A stretch of DNA of 64,000 bases from Verrucomicrobiota bacterium (GTDB taxonomy: Bacteria > Verrucomicrobiota > Verrucomicrobiia > Limisphaerales > Palsa-1400). The notes under the pieces are model-generated. The model made no database searches. It was not told where the DNA came from and saw only the letters and a program-made list of their open reading frames with translations. The stretch spans positions 1-64,000 of the forward strand of contig JBEKYR010000014.1 in NCBI GenBank assembly GCA_049510745.1, written 5' to 3'. Every line of letters begins with the position of its first letter. The first letter of the stretch is position 1. The position numbers and the translations under genes are program-made. Positions 29,538 through 37,718 of the stretch are shown here, in pieces.

Positions 29538-29646
29538 AGGGGTCATTTTGGACACTGGGCCGCTGGCCGCTTATCTTCTGTATCGCAAGCATCGCCGCCA
29601 GGTGATACAAACGATTATGCCTCCGAACAGGCAAACTCTTCCCTAG
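29530..29646 (+). pseudogene. vapC: VapC/PIN toxin remnant with an internal deletion
   Basis: 38 codons from GTG: the PIN N-terminus VILDTGPLAAYL is joined directly to a PIN-like C-terminus YRKHRRQVIQTIMP. Confidence 0.75.
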
Positions 29647-29685
29647 GTCCCAGATCCTCGTAAGAACCGTTGCAGTACATCCCGG

Positions 29686-29734
29686 GGAGCGCGCGCGCCC
29701 TCGCGTGCAGCGGTCGGCGCCCTCGCCGACCGCT
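29686..29734. repeat. REP-like double hairpin
   Basis: GGAG-C, then GCGCGCG-ccct-CGCGTGC and AGCGGTCGGCG-ccct-CGCCGACCGCT; both loops are CCCT. Confidence 0.65.
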
Positions 29735-29854
29735 TCTTCGCTCTCCTATCCAAATTGTATAGGTCATCGCTCGGCGGTAAAACCGCGTTAGACGAGGATT
29801 TGCGCCCGGCCCTTCCGCCTTGCCAGCGCCTGAAAAAAAAGCGACCCTGCCCGC

Positions 29855-31186
29855 ATGTACCGCCTGGCGTGGATCGTAGGCGCTGTCGGGTTGCCGCTCT
29901 CCCATTACTGGCTGGCGGCAAAAATCGAGCCTTTCTACTCTTCCATCTATTGTTTTCTCTGGTGGTCCTATATTTTTGTGGCGGATTTCGCGGTTTTCAT
30001 CCAGCGGGGAACGTCGCTCTTGCACGACCGCCCGCGGGAACTCCTGGTTCTCTCCATCTGGTCGGTTCCCCTTTGGCTGCTCTTCGAGCTGGTCAACCTT
30101 CGCATCCAGAACTGGTATTACGTCATGGCCCCCTGCGCTCTTTCGGTGGGTCTGCTTTATCTGGTCCTGGCTTTCGGCTCGGTCCTGCCCGGCATCTTTG
30201 TCACCGCCGAGTTGGTCATTGGCGTGATCGAGAAGTGGGTGCCTGGGGGCAAAATCACAGGACGGCCCTTTCCCGTGCCCGGCTGGAATATCGCCCTCCA
30301 ATTGCTCATCGGCGCCGCCATGCTGCTTTTCCTGCTGGCTTGCCCAAAATCCTGCGGCTGCCTGGCGTGGGGATTTGCCTTTTTCCTGGTCGATCCAATT
30401 TGTTACTGGCTCGGAAAAACACAACCGGCCCGCGGCGGCCGCAGTTTGCTCGGCCAATTGGCCTCGGGCGACAACACCCGCTTGGTCGCGCTCTTGCTGG
30501 CGGGACTTGTCTGCGGCGGCCTTTGGGAGGGCTGGAACCTCGGCGCGCGCACCAAGTGGATTTATTCCGTCCCGTTCTTTGACGAATTGAAAATCGGCGA
30601 GATGCCCGTCCTGGGTTTCTTGGGCTTTCCGCCCTTTGCTTTGGAATGCTACGCCCTGGTCAATCTCCTCAGCTTCTTTCGCGGCGGACGCAACTGGGAA
30701 CTGAGCGCCGCGGAGAACCGCCAGCGCCGCGGCCTGCCGGCTTGGGGCGTCGCTGCCTGTGCCCTGCTCATGCCCGTTGCCATCTGCTTCGCCGCCCTGG
30801 CCACTATGCCAACCGTGGCTTCCTTCTCCGAGCCGTTGGACTGGTATTTTCACTCCGCTCTTGGCACTCAAGGTGTCGCGGCTCTGCGCGAGCGCGACGC
30901 CTTGCAGGGACATCAATTTCTCAAGCTCAAAGACCGGCCGCCCGAGATTGACCCTGCCCTCTGGGCGCGCCTGCGGCAAATCGCGCGCCTGGCGGAACTC
31001 AAAGGGATGGGCCTGGCCAACGCCACGGCTCTGGAAAAACTGAAAATCACGCGCTTCGATGAGCTGGCCAGGCAGAATCCGGCGGACCTCGCCTCGCAGC
31101 TCAACCAACTCGGCGGGGCCGTTCGCCCCGAGCAAGCCAAAGTCTGGATTCGCGCCGCCGGCAAGCAGCCTCCCGACGCCCCCTAA
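29855..31186 (+). CDS. Membrane protein with C-terminal DUF4332-like domain
   Basis: Many TM helices (WLLFELVNLRIQNWYY, GEMPVLGFLGFPPFALEC); tail LAELKGMG...LEKLKITRFDELARQNPADL...WIRAA. Confidence 0.75.
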   Translation: MYRLAWIVGAVGLPLSHYWLAAKIEPFYSSIYCFLWWSYIFVADFAVFIQRGTSLLHDRPRELLVLSIWSVPLWLLFELVNLRIQNWYYVMAPCALSVGLLYLVLAFGSVLPGIFVTAELVIGVIEKWVPGGKITGRPFPVPGWNIALQLLIGAAMLLFLLACPKSCGCLAWGFAFFLVDPICYWLGKTQPARGGRSLLGQLASGDNTRLVALLLAGLVCGGLWEGWNLGARTKWIYSVPFFDELKIGEMPVLGFLGFPPFALECYALVNLLSFFRGGRNWELSAAENRQRRGLPAWGVAACALLMPVAICFAALATMPTVASFSEPLDWYFHSALGTQGVAALRERDALQGHQFLKLKDRPPEIDPALWARLRQIARLAELKGMGLANATALEKLKITRFDELARQNPADLASQLNQLGGAVRPEQAKVWIRAAGKQPPDAP

Positions 31187-31307
31187 TCAGCGCGACATGG
31201 GTATCGCCTTGAGCTCAAAGGCGAGTCGTTGCCCAAAAGTAAGGCTGGGCCAGCAATGGAGGTTTAAAGTCGGTGTGCCGTCGCGTCGCTGTGGCGCCTC
31301 TTATTGA

Positions 31308-32795
31308 ATGGCGCAGGCTGGACGGCTTGAAGGTGCAATGTTGCTAAATCGGAGTTGCCGGACTAAACTCATTTCCGTGGTGACGAAGTTTCACCTAACT
31401 ATGGCCGTTGGCTGCGCGATTTCCTTGTTCACAAATGATTCCTCCTTCCTCGCAGGAAAAAACAGTCCACAGGCGGGGGACATTCCGCCCCCGCTGCTCT
31501 TGAGCGACGTCGTTCAGGGGCCGCCAGCTTCGGACATTTCCTGGGAAAAGTTGAAAGGCAAGGTCGTTGTTTTGGAGTTTTGGGGAACCAGGTGCGGGGC
31601 GTGTCTCAAAGCGATTCCTCATTGGAACCAACTCGCGGCCGAATTCGCGTCCAAGCCCGTCGTGTTCCTGTGCATCTCCGATGACAATAAGGATGATCTG
31701 GCTCTGTTCCTCAAGCGAACCCCCATTCAAGGCTGGGTGGCTCTGGACCAACCATTCAGTCCGACCAGAACGGAATTTGACGTAGTCGGGATTCCTCATA
31801 CCGTGATCGTAAATCCCGCAGGGAGGATTGCTGCGATCACCCATCCGTCCGACGTAACAGCTCAAAGTCTGGACGAGATTTTGGCGGGGAAACCCAGCAC
31901 TTTGCCGCCGTTTGTTCCTTACATCGAGAACGGCGGTAACGATCTGTTGGCGGTATCGAATATCGCGCCCGCAAGGGTGGAGGTGTCGATCAGCGGACCA
32001 GTCGAGGTTCCGGCTGGCGCCTTCAATTCGCGTGGTTGGAAAAAACCCGACTATCAATTCATCGCAGAAAAGGCGTATTTGCGGGATGCTTTGAGTTATT
32101 TTTTTGATATCACCCCACTACTGGTAACACAAAAAGGGAAGGTTCCGGACGGACTGTATAATATCTCCGCAGCCGCTCCTCCGGGGCAACTTCCGCAGCT
32201 TCAGGCCGCGGTTGTGGCTGCGGTGAAAGAGAAGTTGGGCATCACCGTCGTGACAAATCTCCAACAGACCCAAGTCTATAGCCTTATCGTTTATTCATCT
32301 AACGCACCTTGTCTGCAAAGGGATCAAAAGACCGGCGGTGGCGGTGGACGTCCTGGAGGTTTTTATCTGCAAGGGAGCCATATGAAAGCGATCTGTTCCT
32401 TTCTGGAGGACGCCGTCAACAAGCCGGTCATAGACGAGTCGGGGCTGACCGGCTTATGGAAGGTGGACTTTAATTGGCCAATGTCGGAATCAGAGTTATT
32501 GCAACAACGGCTCTGTCACCAGTTTTACGCGATTCTTGACATGCCTCCCGAGAAGATCGACCTCGAAGATTTGCCACAGCATCTGCAAAAGGCCGTCTCG
32601 TCTCACGAACTCCAGTTATTGAAAATCGAACTAGCCAAGCCGGTTCATCAACGTTTTCAACCCGATCCAGTCAAAGTCATCAAGGCCGCTCGTCAACAGT
32701 TGGGATTGGACCTTAAACTGACTATGCGGAAAATGCCGACCCTCTTGATTGATGCAAATCCATCCTCAGAGGCCGATCGAAAGCAGTCTCCGTGA
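31308..32795 (+). CDS. Redoxin/TlpA domain fused to TIGR03435-family domain
   Basis: LKGKVVVLEFWGTRCGAC, GIPHTVIV; C-terminal KPVIDESGLTG...QQLGLDLK...LLID. Start uncertain (31308-31401). Confidence 0.8.
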   Translation: MAQAGRLEGAMLLNRSCRTKLISVVTKFHLTMAVGCAISLFTNDSSFLAGKNSPQAGDIPPPLLLSDVVQGPPASDISWEKLKGKVVVLEFWGTRCGACLKAIPHWNQLAAEFASKPVVFLCISDDNKDDLALFLKRTPIQGWVALDQPFSPTRTEFDVVGIPHTVIVNPAGRIAAITHPSDVTAQSLDEILAGKPSTLPPFVPYIENGGNDLLAVSNIAPARVEVSISGPVEVPAGAFNSRGWKKPDYQFIAEKAYLRDALSYFFDITPLLVTQKGKVPDGLYNISAAAPPGQLPQLQAAVVAAVKEKLGITVVTNLQQTQVYSLIVYSSNAPCLQRDQKTGGGGGRPGGFYLQGSHMKAICSFLEDAVNKPVIDESGLTGLWKVDFNWPMSESELLQQRLCHQFYAILDMPPEKIDLEDLPQHLQKAVSSHELQLLKIELAKPVHQRFQPDPVKVIKAARQQLGLDLKLTMRKMPTLLIDANPSSEADRKQSP

Positions 32796-33247
32796 CGAAC
32801 TGGGGAAGCGTGCTTCGAGACTTTACTTGCGCTAATCAATCAATCCCAGCCGACCAGTTCGACCGCCGTCCGGGCCACCCCCAAATCGGGCCCCGGCGCT
32901 ACGCTACAGGCCGCCAGCCGTCGGCTCGCTTCGCTCCGACAACTGTCCGAAATGGATTGGAACAGGTGTCCGAATTGATCGGAATCCGCATAGGATCGCC
33001 CGCTTTTTAAGTTTTCTCGTGCATTTCAGCCAACGTGGCGCCGGCTCAAACAATCGCTTTTTCGAGCCTCGCCAGTGCAATAGGGCAAATCCAACGAGCG
33101 GCCCGGCCGGGAAATCAGATACAACCGCCTCTTTTCGTCCCTTTCGTCCGTCTCCGTCCTTTTCGTGCATTTCCTTATCTTAATCGTAATCGTAATCCTC
33201 TTTCCCTCCCCAAAGCCAAAAAAAAACGGAAAAAGTAACAAAAAGAC

Positions 33248-33304
33248 TTGCATATACAGAATACTGTGTCATATTCGCAACGTGCGAGAACTTGCTCTTT
33301 GACA
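33248..33304 (+). promoter_or_regulatory. Putative sigma70 promoter with A-tract UP element and boxA-like site
   Basis: A-tracts, then TTGCAT-N16-CATATT with ACAG-aata-CTGT in the spacer, then TGCTCTTTGACA at 33293-33304. Confidence 0.5.
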
Positions 33305-33400
33305 TAAAGTGGAGCCGCCGCGGGAAACCTCCTGTCACCTCGCCGCAGGACGGACCCCACGCCGCCCGCAATGGCGTCATTCACGACCGCCGCATGGCCA

Positions 33401-33470
33401 ATCGTGCTGAATCGTGCTGAATCGTGCCGAATCGTGCTGAATCGTGCTGAATCGTGCTAAATCGTGCCAA
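33401..33470. repeat. Tandem repeat, 7 x 10 bp (ATCGTGCYRA)
   Basis: Seven consecutive units visible directly in the sequence. Confidence 0.95.
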
Positions 33471-33560
33471 AAAAAGAAAAATCCCAACCACGATTGATGA
33501 ACCATCAGATCTCGCTTTAGCCTTTAGCGTTTAGCCTTCAAGCCCTTCCCCCGTCGCTCC

Positions 33561-33600
33561 GAGTCAATTCGACCCAATTCGACCCAATTCGACCGAAATC
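33561..33600. repeat. Tandem repeat, about 4 x 10 bp (GACCCAATTC)
   Basis: gagtcaattc gacccaattc gacccaattc gaccgaaatc. Confidence 0.85.
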
Positions 33601-33776
33601 AATGTTCCTCCGGCCGGGCTTCAACCCTCCCGGCGGGGCTTCTCCCGCTTGTGCAGGGCTGTGTCGGATTGTGCCACGAATTCGCAAGCGCCTTGAGTGC
33701 AATGGTATCCGCCGGAAAGACTGTTGATTTACGGTCTTGCAATCGTGGCCAGGAAGGATACGATGGCATTAGGAAA

Positions 33777-33850
33777 ACGGGTGTGGTTCAATGGGAGAAT
33801 GCGGGCTTCCCAAGCCTGAGAGGAGGGTTCGATCCCCTTCACCCGCTCCA
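33777..33850 (+). tRNA. tRNA-Gly(CCC), atypical (A1-C72 mismatch)
   Basis: Cloverleaf: ACGGGTG/CACCCGC; D arm GTTC/GAAT; anticodon arm CGGGC-TTCCCAA-GCCTG; T arm GAGGG-TTCGATC-CCCTT; discriminator T and encoded CCA. Confidence 0.85.
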
Positions 33851-33867
33851 TTGATAATAACGAATTT

Positions 33868-35271
33868 GTGAATCTTGCGCAAAAACACTTCTCAGTGAAG
33901 CACGCGCCTTCAAAGAGCAGATTCCTGTTGCTGGCCCTGGCTGCGGGGCTTGTCATGGGAATGGAGACCTCCGCGCAATTCGCTGACGGCGGCTTTGAGC
34001 TCGATACTTCGGGCTGGCCGCCCGCCTCCCCGTGGGTCGTTACGACGTACATGAACCCGGTCGATGGCGTCACCTTGCAGACTCCGCAAACAGAAGCGGA
34101 ATTGAACCTGCTCGAAGGCGGTTCTGACTTGACCTCTGTCACAAACTCCCCCACCGGGCCTGATTCTCAGCCGGACCCCAACGTCGGCGCGGACGCATCG
34201 CTCCGCTGGCCCAGGTACGGATACCAGTGCGCCCTGATCAATCAGGATGGGAGAGACGAAAACGCCAACTCGTTATCGCAGAGCGCAACAGTCGGAGCCG
34301 GCATGATCAATCCTATTGACGGCCAAGTGCATGTGAGCTTTGTGGTGGCGCCTGTGCTTGAGAACCCCCACCACCTGCCCTTTCAACAACCATACTATTT
34401 CATCCAGTTGACGGACGATACACAGAACACCATTCTGTACCAGGATTTTGGCGCGCTGGACGACCCGGATATCCCGTGGAAAATCGTGACCACAGATGTC
34501 ACTGAATATGACTACACGGACTGGCAACTCATAGACGTTGTGCCCGACGGCACCAATGTTGCGATGGGCGACCAGCTCACGCTCACAGCCATCGCCAGCG
34601 GCTGCTCTCTCGGAGGTCATATGGGCCAGATGTACGTTGACGGCATTGATGGGGCCACAAATTTGATCCCCGGCATCTTCGTGACTGGCACGGCCGCCCA
34701 AGCGGCCCTCGCCGGCGGCAACCTGACCTACACGCTGGCTTACAGGAACGGGTCCGCTTCCGCGGAGGCCGGAGTGGTGCTTTGCTTCAACACGCCGCTG
34801 AACACCACCTTCCAATCGCTCGATGCCCCCGGGCTGGCGGCCTCCCCCCCGCAGGTCGGGATGCCTGGCATGGTTTCATGCACGCTTACCAACCTCGCCC
34901 CGGGCGCCAGTGGCAGCCTCACCGTTACCGTCAATATCAACCCCGGCACGACCGGCACAATCACTGCCAGAAATTACTATATCTACTCAAATATTGAACC
35001 GCCGCTTCTCGGCCCCAAGCTCAGCACCCTGCTGGTCAATCTCAATCCCATCCTGCTCTCCGCGCCCACCCTGTCCGTCGACGGCAGCTTCTCCTTCGGC
35101 TTCACCAACGCCCCCGGGGTCTGCTTCACCGTCTTGAGCACGACCAACCTCTCATTGCCGTTGAGTCAATGGACCGTCTCGGGCGGCGTGGTGGAGAACC
35201 CCGCCGGCAATTACACGTTTACCGACAACGCCACGAAACAGGAATACTTCTATTGCGTCCGTTGGCCTTAA
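33868..35271 (+). CDS. Secreted protein with DUF11 domain and verrucomicrobial-type C-terminal domain
   Basis: Signal peptide; DUF11-like GGNLTYTLAYRNG...LAPGASGSLTVTV; tail FTVLSTTNLSLPLSQW...YTFTD...FYCVRWP. Confidence 0.78.
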   Translation: MNLAQKHFSVKHAPSKSRFLLLALAAGLVMGMETSAQFADGGFELDTSGWPPASPWVVTTYMNPVDGVTLQTPQTEAELNLLEGGSDLTSVTNSPTGPDSQPDPNVGADASLRWPRYGYQCALINQDGRDENANSLSQSATVGAGMINPIDGQVHVSFVVAPVLENPHHLPFQQPYYFIQLTDDTQNTILYQDFGALDDPDIPWKIVTTDVTEYDYTDWQLIDVVPDGTNVAMGDQLTLTAIASGCSLGGHMGQMYVDGIDGATNLIPGIFVTGTAAQAALAGGNLTYTLAYRNGSASAEAGVVLCFNTPLNTTFQSLDAPGLAASPPQVGMPGMVSCTLTNLAPGASGSLTVTVNINPGTTGTITARNYYIYSNIEPPLLGPKLSTLLVNLNPILLSAPTLSVDGSFSFGFTNAPGVCFTVLSTTNLSLPLSQWTVSGGVVENPAGNYTFTDNATKQEYFYCVRWP

Positions 35272-35411
35272 AGGCTTTTGCGACGCCCCCAACGCCGGTG
35301 CTGGTGAAAGTTGGTCGAAAAAACATGACTCGATATGCTCCAGCGTTTCCCGCGTGAGGAAATGCGCCGGGCGCGGTCAAAGTTGTTAGGAAATCAAAAC
35401 ATGAGGAAGTT

Positions 35412-35876
35412 ATGAGTTGTGTTTGCATCTTAACGCCGCTGGTCATCGCCGCCTGGCCCGCTTTCAGCGCCGCCGTGGCCGCCGCCGCCAGTTCACTCGG
35501 CTACCAGGTCATTGCCACCGCCCAGGAAGAGACCGTCGCCAACGTTTCATCCAACAGTGTCCAGCTTGAAATCGCCCGCAGCGAGGTCGTCACCAGCCAG
35601 TTGGGCCGCCAGCAGCGGATCGTCGTCGCGCGCGGCGGCGTCTCGGTGACCTTCTCGCGCGACGCCCGCGGCAAGGCCTCCCTCTGCGTCACCGGCGAGG
35701 GCCACGACCGCGAGGAACTCAAGGCCCTGGGCAAGGAGTTGAGCCAGGCCGTCGTGCAACAATATGTGTACCAAAAGCTTATGGACGAAATGCGGTCGCG
35801 CGGCTTCATCGTCGTGGAAGAGCAAGCCAGCGAAGACCGCTCCATCCGCCTCAAGGTGCGCCATTGGGAGAATTGA
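35412..35876 (+). CDS. DUF1257 (Ycf35-like) protein
   Basis: C-terminal VVQQYVYQKLMDEMRSRGFIVVEEQASEDRSIRLKVRHW; immediately followed by DUF2997. Confidence 0.7.
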   Translation: MSCVCILTPLVIAAWPAFSAAVAAAASSLGYQVIATAQEETVANVSSNSVQLEIARSEVVTSQLGRQQRIVVARGGVSVTFSRDARGKASLCVTGEGHDREELKALGKELSQAVVQQYVYQKLMDEMRSRGFIVVEEQASEDRSIRLKVRHWEN

Positions 35877-35878
35877 CC

Positions 35879-36085
35879 ATGCCACAACGCGAATTTGACA
35901 TCACCATCGCCAAAGACGGCAGCGTCGAACTGCACGTCAAAGGTTACAAGGGCCGCGCCTGCCAGGAGGCGGCCAAAATCTTTGAGCAAATCGTCGGCGA
36001 AATGCAGTCCGAACGCCAGACCAGCGAGTTCTATGAACCGGAAGAGCAAGTCCGCTTTCGCCAGGATCAACGTCACGGAACATGA
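35879..36085 (+). CDS. DUF2997 protein
   Basis: ITIAKDGSVELHVKGYKGRAC...TSEFY. Confidence 0.85.
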   Translation: MPQREFDITIAKDGSVELHVKGYKGRACQEAAKIFEQIVGEMQSERQTSEFYEPEEQVRFRQDQRHGT

Positions 36086-36945
36086 CCCGCCCTGATTCAC
36101 CCTACTATCCGCGGCGGGCCAACCTGTTCAGCCCCCTGCTCGCTTGGGGCGACGCTTTGCACCGGTTGTGGGACCGCAGCGGCTTGCTCCTGGCGGACAA
36201 GGTCACGGTCAGGGGCGTCATTGCCAGCGTGTTTGTGCCGGGATTGGCGCTGTATCTCCGGGGGCCGCGCGCCTCGGGCCGGGCCGCGATGGGGGTATGC
36301 GCCCTCTTGTTTCTGTTTTTCATGGCTTTTCTCGGCTATCCGCTGGGCACGCTTGCGCTCGCCCTTTTGATGTCCATCCATGTTACGGGCGTGGTCGCTT
36401 ATTACCAGCCTGTCGTGGCCTCCGCGCGCTTGTCCTTTCGTTTGATGGCCACCCTGATGTTGTGCGCGCTGACAATTGGGTTCGTGTATCTGCCGGCGCG
36501 CGACCTGTTGGAGAACCGCTGGCTCATGCCATTGCAGGTCAAGGGCCAGGTGGTTGTCATCCACCGCCTCACCTCGCCCGTGACGCTCCGGCGCGGGGAC
36601 TGGATCGCTTTTCGGAATGGTTCGATCGGCGGCGACCACATGTACATTCGTTCCGGCGTCAACTTCGCCCCTGTCCTGGCCCTTCCAGGAGATCAAGTGG
36701 AGTTTTCGGCCGAGGCGTTTTCCGTCAACGGCGTGGCGCAACCGCGCCGGCAGAACATGCCCCAGTCGGGCGGATTCACCGTTGACCGAAACTGCTGGTT
36801 TGCCTGGCCGGAGTTTGCTATATACGCCCACGGACACGCGATGGATGTGTCCGGCATGGTGATGCAGATGGCCCTGGTGTCGAAAGACGAGCTTATCGGC
36901 AAACCTTTCGATCACTGGTTTTGGCGGCGGCAATCGTTCCAATGA
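36082..36945 (+). CDS. Membrane protein with degenerate signal peptidase I (S26)-like domain
   Basis: About four TM helices, then RRGDWIAF and VLALPGDQVEF...VNG; the catalytic Ser and Lys boxes are not recognisable. Confidence 0.65.
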   Translation: MTRPDSPYYPRRANLFSPLLAWGDALHRLWDRSGLLLADKVTVRGVIASVFVPGLALYLRGPRASGRAAMGVCALLFLFFMAFLGYPLGTLALALLMSIHVTGVVAYYQPVVASARLSFRLMATLMLCALTIGFVYLPARDLLENRWLMPLQVKGQVVVIHRLTSPVTLRRGDWIAFRNGSIGGDHMYIRSGVNFAPVLALPGDQVEFSAEAFSVNGVAQPRRQNMPQSGGFTVDRNCWFAWPEFAIYAHGHAMDVSGMVMQMALVSKDELIGKPFDHWFWRRQSFQ

Positions 36946-37718
36946 GCAGGTTTATCAATCTTGAATTCGGCGGTGAGTCCGAGGACCAGTCCCTCGGCTC
37001 GGAGCAGGGATTGGCCAAGGACGAAGCTTATTACTTGCGCGAGGCCCAGGCCGCCTTTGAAAACGCCGACTTCGAGAAAGCCCTCCGCCATTACGCCCGC
37101 GTCCTGGAGTTCAATCCCCAAAACGCCGCCGCCTGGACCGCCCAGGTCCGAATGCTCATTGAACTGGGCGAGTACCGCGAAGCCAAAATCTGGGCTGACA
37201 AAGCCCTGGAACGCTTTCCCCAGGAGCCGGAGTTGCTCGCCGCCAAGGCCGTCACCCTCTGCCGTGGCGGCGACCTGCAAAGCGCGATGGCTTTTTCCGA
37301 CGCTGCCATCGAGGAGCGGGGCGACACCCCCTATATCTGGCTGGCGCGGGGCGACGTGCTGCTGGCGTGCAAGGAGCCACGGGCGGATTATTGCTTTGAA
37401 AAGGCTCTGCTGCTGGCCCCGCGCAACTGGTTCGTCGCCTGGCTGGCGGCCCGCATCCGCGCCTATTACAAGCAATTTGTCTTTGCCCTCAACTTGCTGC
37501 AAAAGGCCATCGAGTGGAACACGGGCCATTTCCTGCTCTGGCTCGAATTGGGCCGCTGCCAGGAGAGCCTCGGCTTCCTGGGTCCCGCTGAATCCTCCTT
37601 CACCCAGGCCCTCCAACTCAACCCCAATTGCCATGCCGCCGACCAGGCCCTGACCCGCCTGCTTTCCCGCGGCCTCACCGACCGCGTGCGCGGCTGGTGG
37701 CGGCGCCTGGGAAAATGA
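36942..37718 (+). CDS. TPR repeat protein
   Basis: ALRHYARVLEFNPQNAAAW, FEKALLLAP, FTQALQLNP; ATGA overlaps at both ends. Confidence 0.85.
   Translation: MSRFINLEFGGESEDQSLGSEQGLAKDEAYYLREAQAAFENADFEKALRHYARVLEFNPQNAAAWTAQVRMLIELGEYREAKIWADKALERFPQEPELLAAKAVTLCRGGDLQSAMAFSDAAIEERGDTPYIWLARGDVLLACKEPRADYCFEKALLLAPRNWFVAWLAARIRAYYKQFVFALNLLQKAIEWNTGHFLLWLELGRCQESLGFLGPAESSFTQALQLNPNCHAADQALTRLLSRGLTDRVRGWWRRLGK

Noticed and set aside
32792..33400. Short ORFs in the intergenic region
   Set aside because: Low-complexity translations of repeats with no motifs or consistent coding signal.
33401..33600. Possible CRISPR array
   Set aside because: Units are 10 bp and contiguous, with no unique spacers and no cas genes.
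35340..35360. Fifth copy of the 15-bp regulon box (gcgtttcccgcgtgag)
   Set aside because: Only one half-site matches and the spacing differs.
29240..35400. Intact prophage or integrative element at the tRNA
   Set aside because: No integrase, transposase, phage genes or duplicated tRNA 3' end was found.
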